A DNA stretch of 64,000 nucleotides from Phycisphaeraceae bacterium (GTDB taxonomy: Bacteria > Planctomycetota > Phycisphaerae > Phycisphaerales > Zrk34). Positions 10,996 to 20,384 of the stretch are shown piece after piece. Positions within the stretch are counted from its first letter, which is position 1. Each line of letters begins with the position of its first letter. The position numbers were made by a program, and so were the translations under genes. The notes under the pieces are model-generated. The model did not search any database. It saw only the letters and a program-made list of their open reading frames with translations, and was not told the DNA's origin. The stretch lies in assembly GCA_040905565.1 (NCBI GenBank), contig JBBDRF010000005.1:64001-128000 (forward strand), in the 5' to 3' direction.

Positions 10996-11997
10996 TCACT
11001 CATCGCGGCGCTCGACGGTATAGCGGACGGAACTCGTATCCGTGGTGACCGTCAAGGTCGGCGGCACCTCAAAGGTGACCGTGCCGGTGGCGCTTTCGCC
11101 CACCGCCCGCACCAGATCATCGCTGCCCAGACGCAGCGTGGCCACCACGCGAAGTGAACCGTCACGCACACGCTGAATCAACTCGGAGGGGCCGCTGACG
11201 CGCACATCACGCAGCACGCGCGACTCTTCGTCGAGCACCACGTCATAGCGTTCAAGATCCGAAGGCGGAGCCATGATCCAGACGGGCACGCTGGGGAGGG
11301 TGACGACGTCGTCTTTCGTGTCGATGGTGAAGGTCACCTGCACTTCTTCGGGCTCGATCTTGACGTGAGGATCGTCCGCAAGTTCGGGAGGAAGCTGCAC
11401 GCGTCCGCGCACCGTCTGCTGCTGGCCGGCAGGCAGAAGGCGGATGGGAACGACGGGCTCGACTCGCAGTTGGAGTTGATCGCCGGATTGCGGGAGGTCC
11501 GCCAGCCGACCTTCGGGAAGCGTGACAGTCACGCGAGCGGGTTCAATGCTCAGGGACTCTTCAACGAGTTGGACGTCGCGCGGCCGAAACACCGTGACCA
11601 CGTCGCGACTCACCAGCCGATCGATTTCCAGCAGCATGGTGGGCGGGTCGACGCTGGTCACGTTCACGTTCAGGCCGGAGATCGGCCTGGCGTTGGGGAC
11701 GTGCTCGCTCATCGCGATGCTGACCTCGCCCGTTTCGATATGGTCGAGTTCGAGTGCAATGCCGCTGCCGACACCTCGGCGGACCTGGTCGAGTTCGCTG
11801 CGGGCCCCTTTGAACTGCATGCTGAACCGCTCGGGCTGCTGGCGTACCACGACCAGATCATCGCTGGGCAGCACCACGCGGACGGACACGGAACTTGCCA
11901 GCCACGTCTGCACGTTCCGCCCCTCGGCATAGAGCCAGACGAGCGCCGTGATCAGCGTCACCAGCAGATAATCCTGAATGTGCCTCGCCCAGTTCAT
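10996..11997 (-). CDS. cdaR: CdaR/YbbR-like regulator of diadenylate cyclase
   Basis: Single N-terminal TM helix ending LVWLYA, then beta-rich repeats (V/I-E/D-P..V.V, VRVSGP); directly downstream of cdaA. Confidence 0.7.
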   Translation of the reverse strand: MNWARHIQDYLLVTLITALVWLYAEGRNVQTWLASSVSVRVVLPSDDLVVVRQQPERFSMQFKGARSELDQVRRGVGSGIALELDHIETGEVSIAMSEHVPNARPISGLNVNVTSVDPPTMLLEIDRLVSRDVVTVFRPRDVQLVEESLSIEPARVTVTLPEGRLADLPQSGDQLQLRVEPVVPIRLLPAGQQQTVRGRVQLPPELADDPHVKIEPEEVQVTFTIDTKDDVVTLPSVPVWIMAPPSDLERYDVVLDEESRVLRDVRVSGPSELIQRVRDGSLRVVATLRLGSDDLVRAVGESATGTVTFEVPPTLTVTTDTSSVRYTVERRDE

Positions 11998-12009
11998 AAG
12001 CCAACCTGA

Positions 12010-12882
12010 TTAAGCAGCGGTCTTGCCGGAGAGCCCGGGATCTTCTTCTTCATCGTCATCGTTTTTTGATTCGGGCGGCCCCTGGCTCAGCCCGCGACGC
12101 AGCATGGCCCGCAGGCCGTCCGTCGAAAGCTTGCGAAGCAGCTGCCCACGCTCGGCAAGGCTTATCGACCCGTTCTCTTCGCTGACGACGATGATGAGGC
12201 AGTCGGCTTCCTGGGAAAGGCCCATGGCCGCGCGGTGACGGGAGCCGAGTTCCTGATTGATGTCGTCGCTCTCGGCGAGCGGAAACTGGACGCCGGCTGC
12301 CATGATCTTGTCCGCCCGAATCACGACGCCCATATCATGTAAAGCCGACCCGGGCCAGAAGATCGTTTTCAGAAGTTCAGCACTGACGTTCGCGTCGAGC
12401 CGGGTTCCCGCTTCGATGATGCCCTCGAGGCCGACCTCCCGCTCCAGGGCGATGATCGCACCGATTTTGTTGCGGGAGAGATCTTCCACGGCGTCGATCA
12501 CTTCGTCGATCACGCTTTCCGCGGAGATGCTGGTACCGCGAAACAGCCGCGCTTCGCCGAGGCGCACCAGTGCCCGGCGGAGTTCAGGCTGGAAGACAAC
12601 CACCAGCGCGAAGGCGGCGAATGTGAGGAAGCTGCCGAGCAGGAAGCGCAGTCGGGCGAAGACTTCACTGTCGCCGCCGAGCCCGCCCACGATGATCGCA
12701 GCGATGATGACCACCATCCCGAAGCCGCGGAGCACACGCGCGCCGCGCGTGCCGCGCAGGAAGCGGAAGACCATGTAGATCACGAGCCATATAAGCGCCA
12801 GCTCGACCAGCACTTCCCAGAGATCGTAACCTCTAAGCCGTGTGGCGACTTCAATGAATGTCTGAGTCAGTCGTTCGAACAA
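12010..12882 (-). CDS. cdaA: Membrane diadenylate cyclase CdaA/DacA
   Basis: Three TM helices, RGTRG, VFQPELRRAL, GAIIALER, LHD, GSRHRAA, VVSEENGSISLA. Confidence 0.92.
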   Translation of the reverse strand: MFERLTQTFIEVATRLRGYDLWEVLVELALIWLVIYMVFRFLRGTRGARVLRGFGMVVIIAAIIVGGLGGDSEVFARLRFLLGSFLTFAAFALVVVFQPELRRALVRLGEARLFRGTSISAESVIDEVIDAVEDLSRNKIGAIIALEREVGLEGIIEAGTRLDANVSAELLKTIFWPGSALHDMGVVIRADKIMAAGVQFPLAESDDINQELGSRHRAAMGLSQEADCLIIVVSEENGSISLAERGQLLRKLSTDGLRAMLRRGLSQGPPESKNDDDEEEDPGLSGKTAA

Positions 12883-13166
12883 AGTAGAAACCGCATCTGA
12901 AGGGGCCGACCGCTGGCGGCGCGGCGATACCGTGCCTCATAGTATATACGACGTTATCGTCGATCACGAATCGTGCCCTCCAGTATGGCTTCTCAGAGGC
13001 TCGGGCGGCATGCAATGCCCCGCGACATCGCCGAACAGAGGCCGCACATGGGCGTAATGATAATGCTGGAGGCTGCGGCGTGTCGCGGCTTGCTCGAGAG
13101 GCCCGCGGTGCGTATGGTCTTACCATTTCCGCCCCGTTCTGTCCGTAGCCAAGGAAGGCGAATCTG

Positions 13167-15128
13167 ATGGCTGACCCCACCACCGCCCCCAGTTCAACCG
13201 CACGACGCCCCCGCGCCGCCGAAACCGCCAGGCCCGACGCTGAGTCTATGGCCAAGTCGCAGCGCGAGATCTCCGTCAGTGAGTTCTTCGCGAAGAACCG
13301 CCACCTGCTCGGCTTCGACAATCCCCGCAAAGCCCTGCTGACGACGGTTAAGGAAGCGGTCGACAACGCGCTCGACGCCTGCGAAGAAGCGCACATCCTT
13401 CCCGATCTCTTCGTCGGCATCGAACAGCTCGGCGAGACCCGCTTCCGCATCACCATCCGCGACAACGGACCGGGCATCGTCCGCAAGCAGGTCGAAAACG
13501 TCTTCGGCAAGCTGCTGTACGGCTCGAAGTTCCACCGCCTGAAAATGTCGCGCGGCCAGCAGGGCATCGGCATCGCGGCGTCGGGGATGTACGGCCTGAT
13601 GACCACGGGCAAGCCGATGGTCATCCACACCAAGCCCAAGAAGAACAAGCCCTGCCATCGTGTGACGCTCGCCATCGACACGCAGAAGAACAAAGCAGAC
13701 GTGTCGGATGAAATCGAAATGGACTTCGACCTGATCCCCAAGACCGGCACGCAGGTGGAGATCGAACTGGAAGGCCGATACCAGCGCGGCCGGCAGAGCG
13801 TGGACGAATACCTCAAGCAGACGGCCATCGCCAACCCGCACGCCCAGATCATCTTTCAGCCGCCCGACGCCTGCCGCCCCGCCAACACCAACGGCAACGG
13901 CCATGCCCAGCCCGACACCGAAGCGCTGATCGACGATCAGGCCCACGCCGTCGAAGTGGCCAAGACCAGCCCGCAATCGACCGTCACGCCCGGCGGCACC
14001 ATCGTGCATCCGCGCGGCATCGCTGAGTTGCCGGAAGAACCCAAAGAGATCAAGCCTCATCCGCGCGGCATCGAGATGGGTACGCTCCAGCGCATGCTCA
14101 AAACGACGCAGGCGACGCAGCTGGGCGCTTTCCTGCAATCCGAATTTTGCCGGGTGTCGACGAGCAAGGCGACGGAGATTTGCGATCTCGCGGGCAAGCT
14201 CGTCGGCAGCGCCACCATCACCAACCGCACCTACTGCAGCCGCATCAAGCATGCCGAGGCCGAGGCGATCTATCAGGCGATCCAGGAAGTGAAGCTGATG
14301 TCGCCGCCGACTGATTGCCTGGCTCCGATCGGCGCGAAGCAAATTCTCGCCGGCCTGCTCAAAGGCGAAAAGGCGGAGTTCTACACCGCCAACACGCGTG
14401 ATCCTGCGGTCTACCGCGGTAACCCGTTCCAGATCGAAGTCGGTCTGGCGTTCGGCGGGTCGCTGCCGGGTGACGAGCCCGGCCGTGTCATCCGCTTCGC
14501 CAACCGCGTGCCGCTGCTCTATCAGCAGTCCGCCTGCGCCGCCTTCAAAGCCGTCGCCGATACAGGCTGGCGCAACTACAACCTCTCCCAGCCGCGGGGC
14601 GCGCTGCCCGTCGGCCCGCTGGTGATCATGATCCACATGGCCAGCGTCTGGGTGCCGTTCACCAGCGAATCCAAGGAAGCGATCGCCGACTACGATGAGA
14701 TTCGCAAGGAGATGAAGCTCGCCCTTTCCGAGTGCGGCCGCAAGCTGAAGATCTATCTCAGCCGACGTGCCCGAATGCGGCGGGAGGGTCAACGCCGCGA
14801 CATCTTCACCCGTTACATCGGCGAGGTCGTCCGCGCCATCAACAGCATCGATCCGCAGTTCGATCCGGCTGAGCTTCACGAGCAGTTCGTCAGCGTCGCC
14901 CGTACCCGCACCGCCCAGGCGGACGTGGAGTTCGACGAAGATGGCAATCCGATCAAGAAGAAAAAGAAGCAGACTCGCGACGTGCTCGCCGCCGACGAAA
15001 CGACCGTGATCGTGGAAGACGAGACACAGGTTGACGAAGAAGAGTCTGACGAGCCCTCGGCAGGAACGCGCGATCGCGAGCAAGCGGTTTCAGACGAGGA
15101 CGACGAGGGCAGCGAGACGCTCTTCTAA
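13167..15128 (+). CDS. top6B: DNA topoisomerase VI subunit B
   Basis: ISVSEFFAKNRHLLGFD, GHKL motifs KEAVDNALDA / DNGPG / SRGQQGIG, RFANRVPLLY, VPFTSESKEAIA. Confidence 0.96.
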   Translation: MADPTTAPSSTARRPRAAETARPDAESMAKSQREISVSEFFAKNRHLLGFDNPRKALLTTVKEAVDNALDACEEAHILPDLFVGIEQLGETRFRITIRDNGPGIVRKQVENVFGKLLYGSKFHRLKMSRGQQGIGIAASGMYGLMTTGKPMVIHTKPKKNKPCHRVTLAIDTQKNKADVSDEIEMDFDLIPKTGTQVEIELEGRYQRGRQSVDEYLKQTAIANPHAQIIFQPPDACRPANTNGNGHAQPDTEALIDDQAHAVEVAKTSPQSTVTPGGTIVHPRGIAELPEEPKEIKPHPRGIEMGTLQRMLKTTQATQLGAFLQSEFCRVSTSKATEICDLAGKLVGSATITNRTYCSRIKHAEAEAIYQAIQEVKLMSPPTDCLAPIGAKQILAGLLKGEKAEFYTANTRDPAVYRGNPFQIEVGLAFGGSLPGDEPGRVIRFANRVPLLYQQSACAAFKAVADTGWRNYNLSQPRGALPVGPLVIMIHMASVWVPFTSESKEAIADYDEIRKEMKLALSECGRKLKIYLSRRARMRREGQRRDIFTRYIGEVVRAINSIDPQFDPAELHEQFVSVARTRTAQADVEFDEDGNPIKKKKKQTRDVLAADETTVIVEDETQVDEEESDEPSAGTRDREQAVSDEDDEGSETLF

Positions 15129-15197
15129 GCGTTCCACAACCAGCCGCCGCGCCGCCAAGCTACCTCCATCTCTATCAGCAAAAAGTCCAGATACGCC

Positions 15198-16397
15198 ATG
15201 GCCAAGAAAAAGACCACCAAGAGCGCTCCGAAGAAGATCTCCGCCAAGGCCGTCGCCGAGGCTGCGACCGCAGGCACCAAGCGGACGAAGGTGAAACCCT
15301 CCCGCAAGAGCGATCCCGCTGCGACAGGTAAGAAAATCATCGACCTGGCGGGCACGATCGTGACGCAGGTGACGCAGGAGAAAGACCCCGGCGTCGACAT
15401 CCCCACCCGCGCCCTCTCGAACGTCCATTTCGACGACAAGTCACGCGTCATCCGCATGGGCGACAACAAGCAACGCCGGTCGTTCTTCAACCTCGGCCAA
15501 GCCAAGAAGTTCATGCAGACGACGCTGATCGCTTCCGGCTGCAAAGAGCTGATCGATCAGAAAAAGACCACCTCCATTCGTGATCTTTTCTACCACTGCA
15601 AACGCACCATCGAAGGCACGAAGGAAAATACCTTCGACGAACAGAGCGAATCCGATCCCATCATCGAAGACCTCGAAGTCGCCCTGACCTCCCTCCGCGA
15701 AGAGCTCGGCCTGTTCGCCGAACCCAAGGGCGCGATGGTCGGCCCGATGACCATCGAAGACAACGGCGACACGATCGACCTCGCCCGCATGGGCTCCGGC
15801 GGTTGGGCCATCCCCTCCATCGTCGAAGACCACATCATCAAGTTCAAACGCGGCAAGGCGAAGTTCGTACTGCTTATCGAGAAAGGTGCGGTCTGGCGCC
15901 GCTTCAGCGAAGACCGCTTCTGGGAAACGCACAACTGCATGATTATCCACGGCGGTGGTCAGCCGCCGCGCGGCGTCCGTCGACTCCTCTCACGCATGCA
16001 CCACGAACTCGGCCTCCCCGTCTACGTCCTCGTCGATAACGACCCCTGGGGCTATTACATCTACTCCGTCGTGAAGCAGGGCTCGATCAACCTCGCGTTC
16101 GAATCCCAGCGCATGGCCATCCCCGACGCCCGCTTCATCGGCATGTCCAGCTTCGACGCTGAACGCTTCGACATCCCCTCCAACGTCACCATCAAACTCA
16201 ACGACAACGACAGCCGCCGCGCCAAAGAGATCATGAGCTATCCGTGGTTCCAGAAGAAGCCATGGCAAAAAGAGATCAAACACATGCTCAAACTCGGCGT
16301 GAAGCTTGAACTCGAAGCGCTGTCCAACAAAGACTTCTCCTTCATCACTGAGCAGTACCTGCCTCGCAAGATCACCGACAAACAGTGGCTCGATTAA
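15198..16397 (+). CDS. top6A: DNA topoisomerase VI subunit A (Spo11 family)
   Basis: RDLFY (catalytic Tyr), QSESDPIIEDLE, TOPRIM IEK and VDNDPWG, KLELEAL. Confidence 0.95.
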   Translation: MAKKKTTKSAPKKISAKAVAEAATAGTKRTKVKPSRKSDPAATGKKIIDLAGTIVTQVTQEKDPGVDIPTRALSNVHFDDKSRVIRMGDNKQRRSFFNLGQAKKFMQTTLIASGCKELIDQKKTTSIRDLFYHCKRTIEGTKENTFDEQSESDPIIEDLEVALTSLREELGLFAEPKGAMVGPMTIEDNGDTIDLARMGSGGWAIPSIVEDHIIKFKRGKAKFVLLIEKGAVWRRFSEDRFWETHNCMIIHGGGQPPRGVRRLLSRMHHELGLPVYVLVDNDPWGYYIYSVVKQGSINLAFESQRMAIPDARFIGMSSFDAERFDIPSNVTIKLNDNDSRRAKEIMSYPWFQKKPWQKEIKHMLKLGVKLELEALSNKDFSFITEQYLPRKITDKQWLD

Positions 16398-17164
16398 CGT
16401 TGGTGAAGCTCCCCCAGTCGTTCGGCGGCGGCCTCTGCGGCACCGCTTTGTGGGGCGGCATCGATGGCTTGCGTCCATGCGGCACGGGCGGCGGCGGTCT
16501 CGCCTCGCCGCTGGAGATAGTTGCCGTGGTGGTACCAGACGGATGCCACCATCGCCGGCTCAAGATTCCCCCGCGCACTTCCCGCCCCCTCCTCCGCACG
16601 CCGCTTTAGCGCCTGCGCGAGGTACGCGAAATCCGCCTTCGCCTTGGCGTCGGCATTGAAGAACGCGGGCAACTGGGACGCCGTCACCGCGCGAAGCCAG
16701 CGCACCTCCAGATCATCCGGCGCAAGGGCGACCGCGCGATTCAACAGCGCCTCCCCCTCCTTCGCCAGCCGCCCCTTCTCCCACGGCAAAAATGCCTCGC
16801 GTGACTCGATAAACCTTACGCTCCCGGCATAAGCCAGCACCGTCGGCTCGTCCGCATGCTTCCGCAGCAGCGTGTTCCAGTGCGCCACCGCCTCCTGCGT
16901 CCAAGGCTCGGCCGGCCGCTGCATTCCGCCGAGGTACAACGCTCGGCCGTACTCAAGCAAATTGTTCAAATCGTCCGCATCATGCTGCACGGCCTGCTCC
17001 GCGCGGTCGATTCGGTCCTCCAGCGAACCGACCTGCCCCACCCGCTGCGGCCGTGGCTCTGCAGGGGTCTCCAAAGCCCCTACAGGAGCCGCGCAGCCCG
17101 CCGCCAACACAGCCGTGAGCATATAGGCTGCCGCTCGTAGCCCGTAGGTGCATGATTGTCTCAA
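16394..17164 (-). CDS. TPR-like lipoprotein of unknown function
   Basis: GGAGG RBS before TTG at 17164; lipobox LAAG-C; helical repeats (AVALAPDDLEVRWLRA, WTQAIDAAP). Confidence 0.7.
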   Translation of the reverse strand: MRQSCTYGLRAAAYMLTAVLAAGCAAPVGALETPAEPRPQRVGQVGSLEDRIDRAEQAVQHDADDLNNLLEYGRALYLGGMQRPAEPWTQEAVAHWNTLLRKHADEPTVLAYAGSVRFIESREAFLPWEKGRLAKEGEALLNRAVALAPDDLEVRWLRAVTASQLPAFFNADAKAKADFAYLAQALKRRAEEGAGSARGNLEPAMVASVWYHHGNYLQRRGETAAARAAWTQAIDAAPQSGAAEAAAERLGELHQR

Positions 17165-17259
17165 GGTTCCAACCTCCAAGTTCACACTCCCAAGCGGATG
17201 CCTCACCACCCCGGCCAACCCATCACGCAGCAAAAGATTCTAGGCATTTAGTTTTTTTC

Positions 17260-17298
17260 TGAACTAAACGTTCAAAACGTTCACTTGGTGCCTATACT
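17260..17298 (+). promoter_or_regulatory. Candidate crt operon promoter/operator
   Basis: AT-rich intergenic DNA with TGAAC-N5-GTTCA (17260-17274), tandem AAACGTTCA x2 (17266-17283) and -10-like TATACT (17293-17298). Confidence 0.5.
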
Positions 17299-17354
17299 CG
17301 TCGGTGTGCAACTGGCACACGTGTTGCCGCTGTTGCCCCTTCTGGAGGAAGACA

Positions 17355-18923
17355 ATGCCGAAGAGAGCGGTCGTGATCGGAGCGGGACCGGGCGGGCTTG
17401 CGTCGGCGATGTTGCTCGCGAAGGCGGGAATGCAGGTGACAGTGCTGGAGCGGATGGACAGCCCGGGCGGCCGCACCTCGACGATTCGGACGGAGACCGG
17501 CTACCGCTTCGACATGGGGCCGACCTTCTTCATCTACCCCGCTGTCCTGGAAGAGGTGTTCCGCCGGTGCGGGATGAGGCTTGAGGATCACGTGCAGATG
17601 GAGCGTTTGGACCCGCAGTATCGGCTGGTGTTCGAGGACGGCGGCGAACTGCTGGCCACGCCGAATGTGCAGCGGATGAAGCAGGCGATCGCCCGGCTTT
17701 GCCCTGCTGATGCCGACCAACTTGAGCGGTACCTCGCGGACAACCGCCGCAAGTTCGCCGCCTTCGAGCCGATCCTCCAAAAGCCGTTCAACGGATGGCG
17801 CGACTGCCTCTCGCTCGATCCGCGATCGTTGAAGCTGCTTCGGCCATGGTCCAGCGTCGACGGTGATCTCAAGCGTTACTTCAGCGATCCGCGGGTGAGG
17901 CTTGCGTTCTCCTTCCAGAGCAAATACCTCGGCATGTCGCCGTACCAGTGCCCGAGCCTGTTCACGATCCTTGCGTTCCTCGAATACGAACACGGCATTC
18001 ACCATCCGCGCGGCGGCTGCGGTGCGGTCAGTGACGCAATGGCCTCAGCGGCGACCACCCTCGGTGCAAGCGTGCGACTTGGCGAACCCGTCGAGGAGAT
18101 CGTCTTCACCGGCCGACGGGCCACCGCTGTCCGCACCGAGCGGGCCACCTACCCCTGCGATGCGTTAGTCGTCAACGCCGACTTTGCCAACACGATGCAC
18201 CACCTCGTCCCAGATCGCCTTCGCAAACGCTGGACCGATCGTAAGCTCGTAAAGAAGAAATACTCCTGCTCCACGTTCATGATGTACCTCGGCGTTGACC
18301 GTCGATACGAAGACCTCGCGCATCACACCGTCTTCCTTTCGCGCGACTATCAGCAGAACCTGCGGGAGATCGAGCAGAGCCACACGCTCTCGGCCAACCC
18401 TTCGATTTACGTTCACAACCCAAGCGCGACCGATCCGACGATGGCACCGGATGGGCACAGCGCGTTGTACGTCCTGGCGCCGGTGACGCATCAGCATGAG
18501 AACGTTGACTGGCAGCGGGACACCGCAAGCTTCCGCCAGACGGTGCTGCGGAAACTTGAACAACTGGGGCTGAACGATATTCAATCGCGCATTCGGCATG
18601 AGCAAATCTTCACACCGCGCGACTGGCAGCAACAGATGCAGATCTTTCGAGGGGCGACTTTTAACCTGGCGCACACGTTTCGTCAGATGCTGCACCTTCG
18701 GCCACGTAACCGGTTTGAGGATCTGGAGGGCGTTTACCTCGTCGGCGGCGGCACGCATCCGGGCTCGGGCCTGCCGGTGATCTACCAGTCGGCCCTGATC
18801 AGCACGGAACTGCTCACGAGTGACCTCGGGGTGGCGGTGGATTGGCAGACGCCTGCCTCGCCGGTGACGCCGCGCATGGTTGCGAAAGACGGCGGCACGC
18901 GCGTCGCGGAGGCGGTGGGATGA
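17355..18923 (+). CDS. crtN: Phytoene/diapophytoene desaturase (CrtN-like)
   Basis: GAGPGG Rossmann motif, FDMGPT, FQSKYLGMSP, GGGTHPGSGLP; GGAGG RBS. Confidence 0.88.
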   Translation: MPKRAVVIGAGPGGLASAMLLAKAGMQVTVLERMDSPGGRTSTIRTETGYRFDMGPTFFIYPAVLEEVFRRCGMRLEDHVQMERLDPQYRLVFEDGGELLATPNVQRMKQAIARLCPADADQLERYLADNRRKFAAFEPILQKPFNGWRDCLSLDPRSLKLLRPWSSVDGDLKRYFSDPRVRLAFSFQSKYLGMSPYQCPSLFTILAFLEYEHGIHHPRGGCGAVSDAMASAATTLGASVRLGEPVEEIVFTGRRATAVRTERATYPCDALVVNADFANTMHHLVPDRLRKRWTDRKLVKKKYSCSTFMMYLGVDRRYEDLAHHTVFLSRDYQQNLREIEQSHTLSANPSIYVHNPSATDPTMAPDGHSALYVLAPVTHQHENVDWQRDTASFRQTVLRKLEQLGLNDIQSRIRHEQIFTPRDWQQQMQIFRGATFNLAHTFRQMLHLRPRNRFEDLEGVYLVGGGTHPGSGLPVIYQSALISTELLTSDLGVAVDWQTPASPVTPRMVAKDGGTRVAEAVG

Positions 18924-20365
18924 ATCATGCCGTTGCGACGAACGATTTGAGCGAGGCGGTGCTCCGAGCGGCGGAGAGTCGCGAGCCGTGGGCGCAGACA
19001 CCTTTGGCCGAGCGGTTGGCGATGCTCAGCCGTATGCGACACGCCCTTGCTGCGGATGCTGGTCGTGTCGCGCGGCAGCTGACAGAGGCATTGCCACAGC
19101 GGCGCAGCGTCGCGGAGACGCTGGCGGCGGAGATCTTGCCGCTGCTCGAGGGCTGGCGTTTTCTGGAGCGGCGGGCAAAGCGTATTCTCCAGCCGCGACG
19201 TGTCGGAGCGCGTGGCCGCCCGCTTTGGCTGTACGGTTCCAAGGCGACCATCCATCGCGAGCCGAAGGGTACGGTTCTGGTGCTATGCCCGTTTAACTAT
19301 CCACTGCTGCTCGGCGGTGCGCCGCTGGGGCAGGCGCTGGCGGCAGGCAACACGGTGCTGCTCAAGCCTGGGCGACTCGGCGCGGAGGCAGCGGTCACAC
19401 TGGAGGGGCTGGCGCGGCAGGCGGGCGCGCCGCCGGGTGTCGTGCAGGTTCTCGACAACTCAATCGACGCGGGGCTCGGGGCGATCGACCTCGGCGTCGA
19501 TCACGTGGTGATGACCGGTTCGGCCGAGGCCGGCCGTTCCGTGATGCGTCGATGTGCTGAGCGTCTGACGCCGTTGACCATGGAGCTTTCGGGTTGTGAC
19601 GCGGTTTTCGTACAACGGGAGGCTGACATCGATCACGCGGTGCGATGCCTTGCGTTCGGTATCTCGATCAACAGCGGCGCTACGTGCATCGCGCCGCGCC
19701 GAGTGTGGGTGCATCGTTCACAATATGAGCCGTTCTGCCGAGCGATGGCCACGGCAGCGCACGCGATTGAACCGTTGCCAGCCGATGAAGCCGCAACGCA
19801 GAGGTTGATGCAGCTGACACGCGACGCCCTGCAGTCCGGGGCGCGTCAGCTGGCGGGCTCCATAACCAGCGACGGCCGTGTTCGCCCCATCGTGCTCGCG
19901 GACATCTCGCCGACCGACACACTCCTACACCGCGATGTGTTCGCCCCGGCCCTGTCGCTGGTGCCTGTGGATTCTGATGAGCAAGCGTTGCGGCTGGATC
20001 GCCGATGCCCGTATGCCTTGGGCGCCAGTGTTTTCGGCAAGCCCGCCGAAGCGGCGAAGCTCGCGCAGCAGGTCGATGCGGGGACAGTCACGGTGAACGA
20101 TCTGATCGTCCCCACGGCGGACCCGCGCCTCCCATTCGGCGGTCGTCGGCAAAGCGGGTTCGGCGTCACGCGTGGTGCTGAGGGACTGCTCGAACTGACG
20201 CGTGTGCGCACCGTGGTCCATCGGCCTGCCCGCTTTCAGCCTCACCTTCAGCCGACGCGCGAGAGCGATGCCGATCGGCTCGAAGCCCTCATTCAAGCCA
20301 ATCATCAATCGACATGGGCCCAGCGCGTGCAGGCGTGGCGAAAGCTGATCCGCCCTGGCTCCTGA
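18920..20365 (+). CDS. Aldehyde dehydrogenase (AldH/CrtNc-like, carotenoid aldehyde oxidation)
   Basis: PFNYP, MTGS, MELSG (Glu), GATCIAP (Cys), PFGGRRQSGFG; ATGA overlap with crtN. Confidence 0.85.
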   Translation: MNHAVATNDLSEAVLRAAESREPWAQTPLAERLAMLSRMRHALAADAGRVARQLTEALPQRRSVAETLAAEILPLLEGWRFLERRAKRILQPRRVGARGRPLWLYGSKATIHREPKGTVLVLCPFNYPLLLGGAPLGQALAAGNTVLLKPGRLGAEAAVTLEGLARQAGAPPGVVQVLDNSIDAGLGAIDLGVDHVVMTGSAEAGRSVMRRCAERLTPLTMELSGCDAVFVQREADIDHAVRCLAFGISINSGATCIAPRRVWVHRSQYEPFCRAMATAAHAIEPLPADEAATQRLMQLTRDALQSGARQLAGSITSDGRVRPIVLADISPTDTLLHRDVFAPALSLVPVDSDEQALRLDRRCPYALGASVFGKPAEAAKLAQQVDAGTVTVNDLIVPTADPRLPFGGRRQSGFGVTRGAEGLLELTRVRTVVHRPARFQPHLQPTRESDADRLEALIQANHQSTWAQRVQAWRKLIRPGS

Positions 20366-20384
20366 TTCCCCCGAGGATACTTAA

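Noticed and set aside
13194..15083. Long antisense ORFs (e.g. 13194-15083, 2462-3871, 7146-8333, 33788-35158, 57045-58412)
   Set aside because: They lie opposite well-supported genes, lack motifs, and are expected from GC-rich codon bias.
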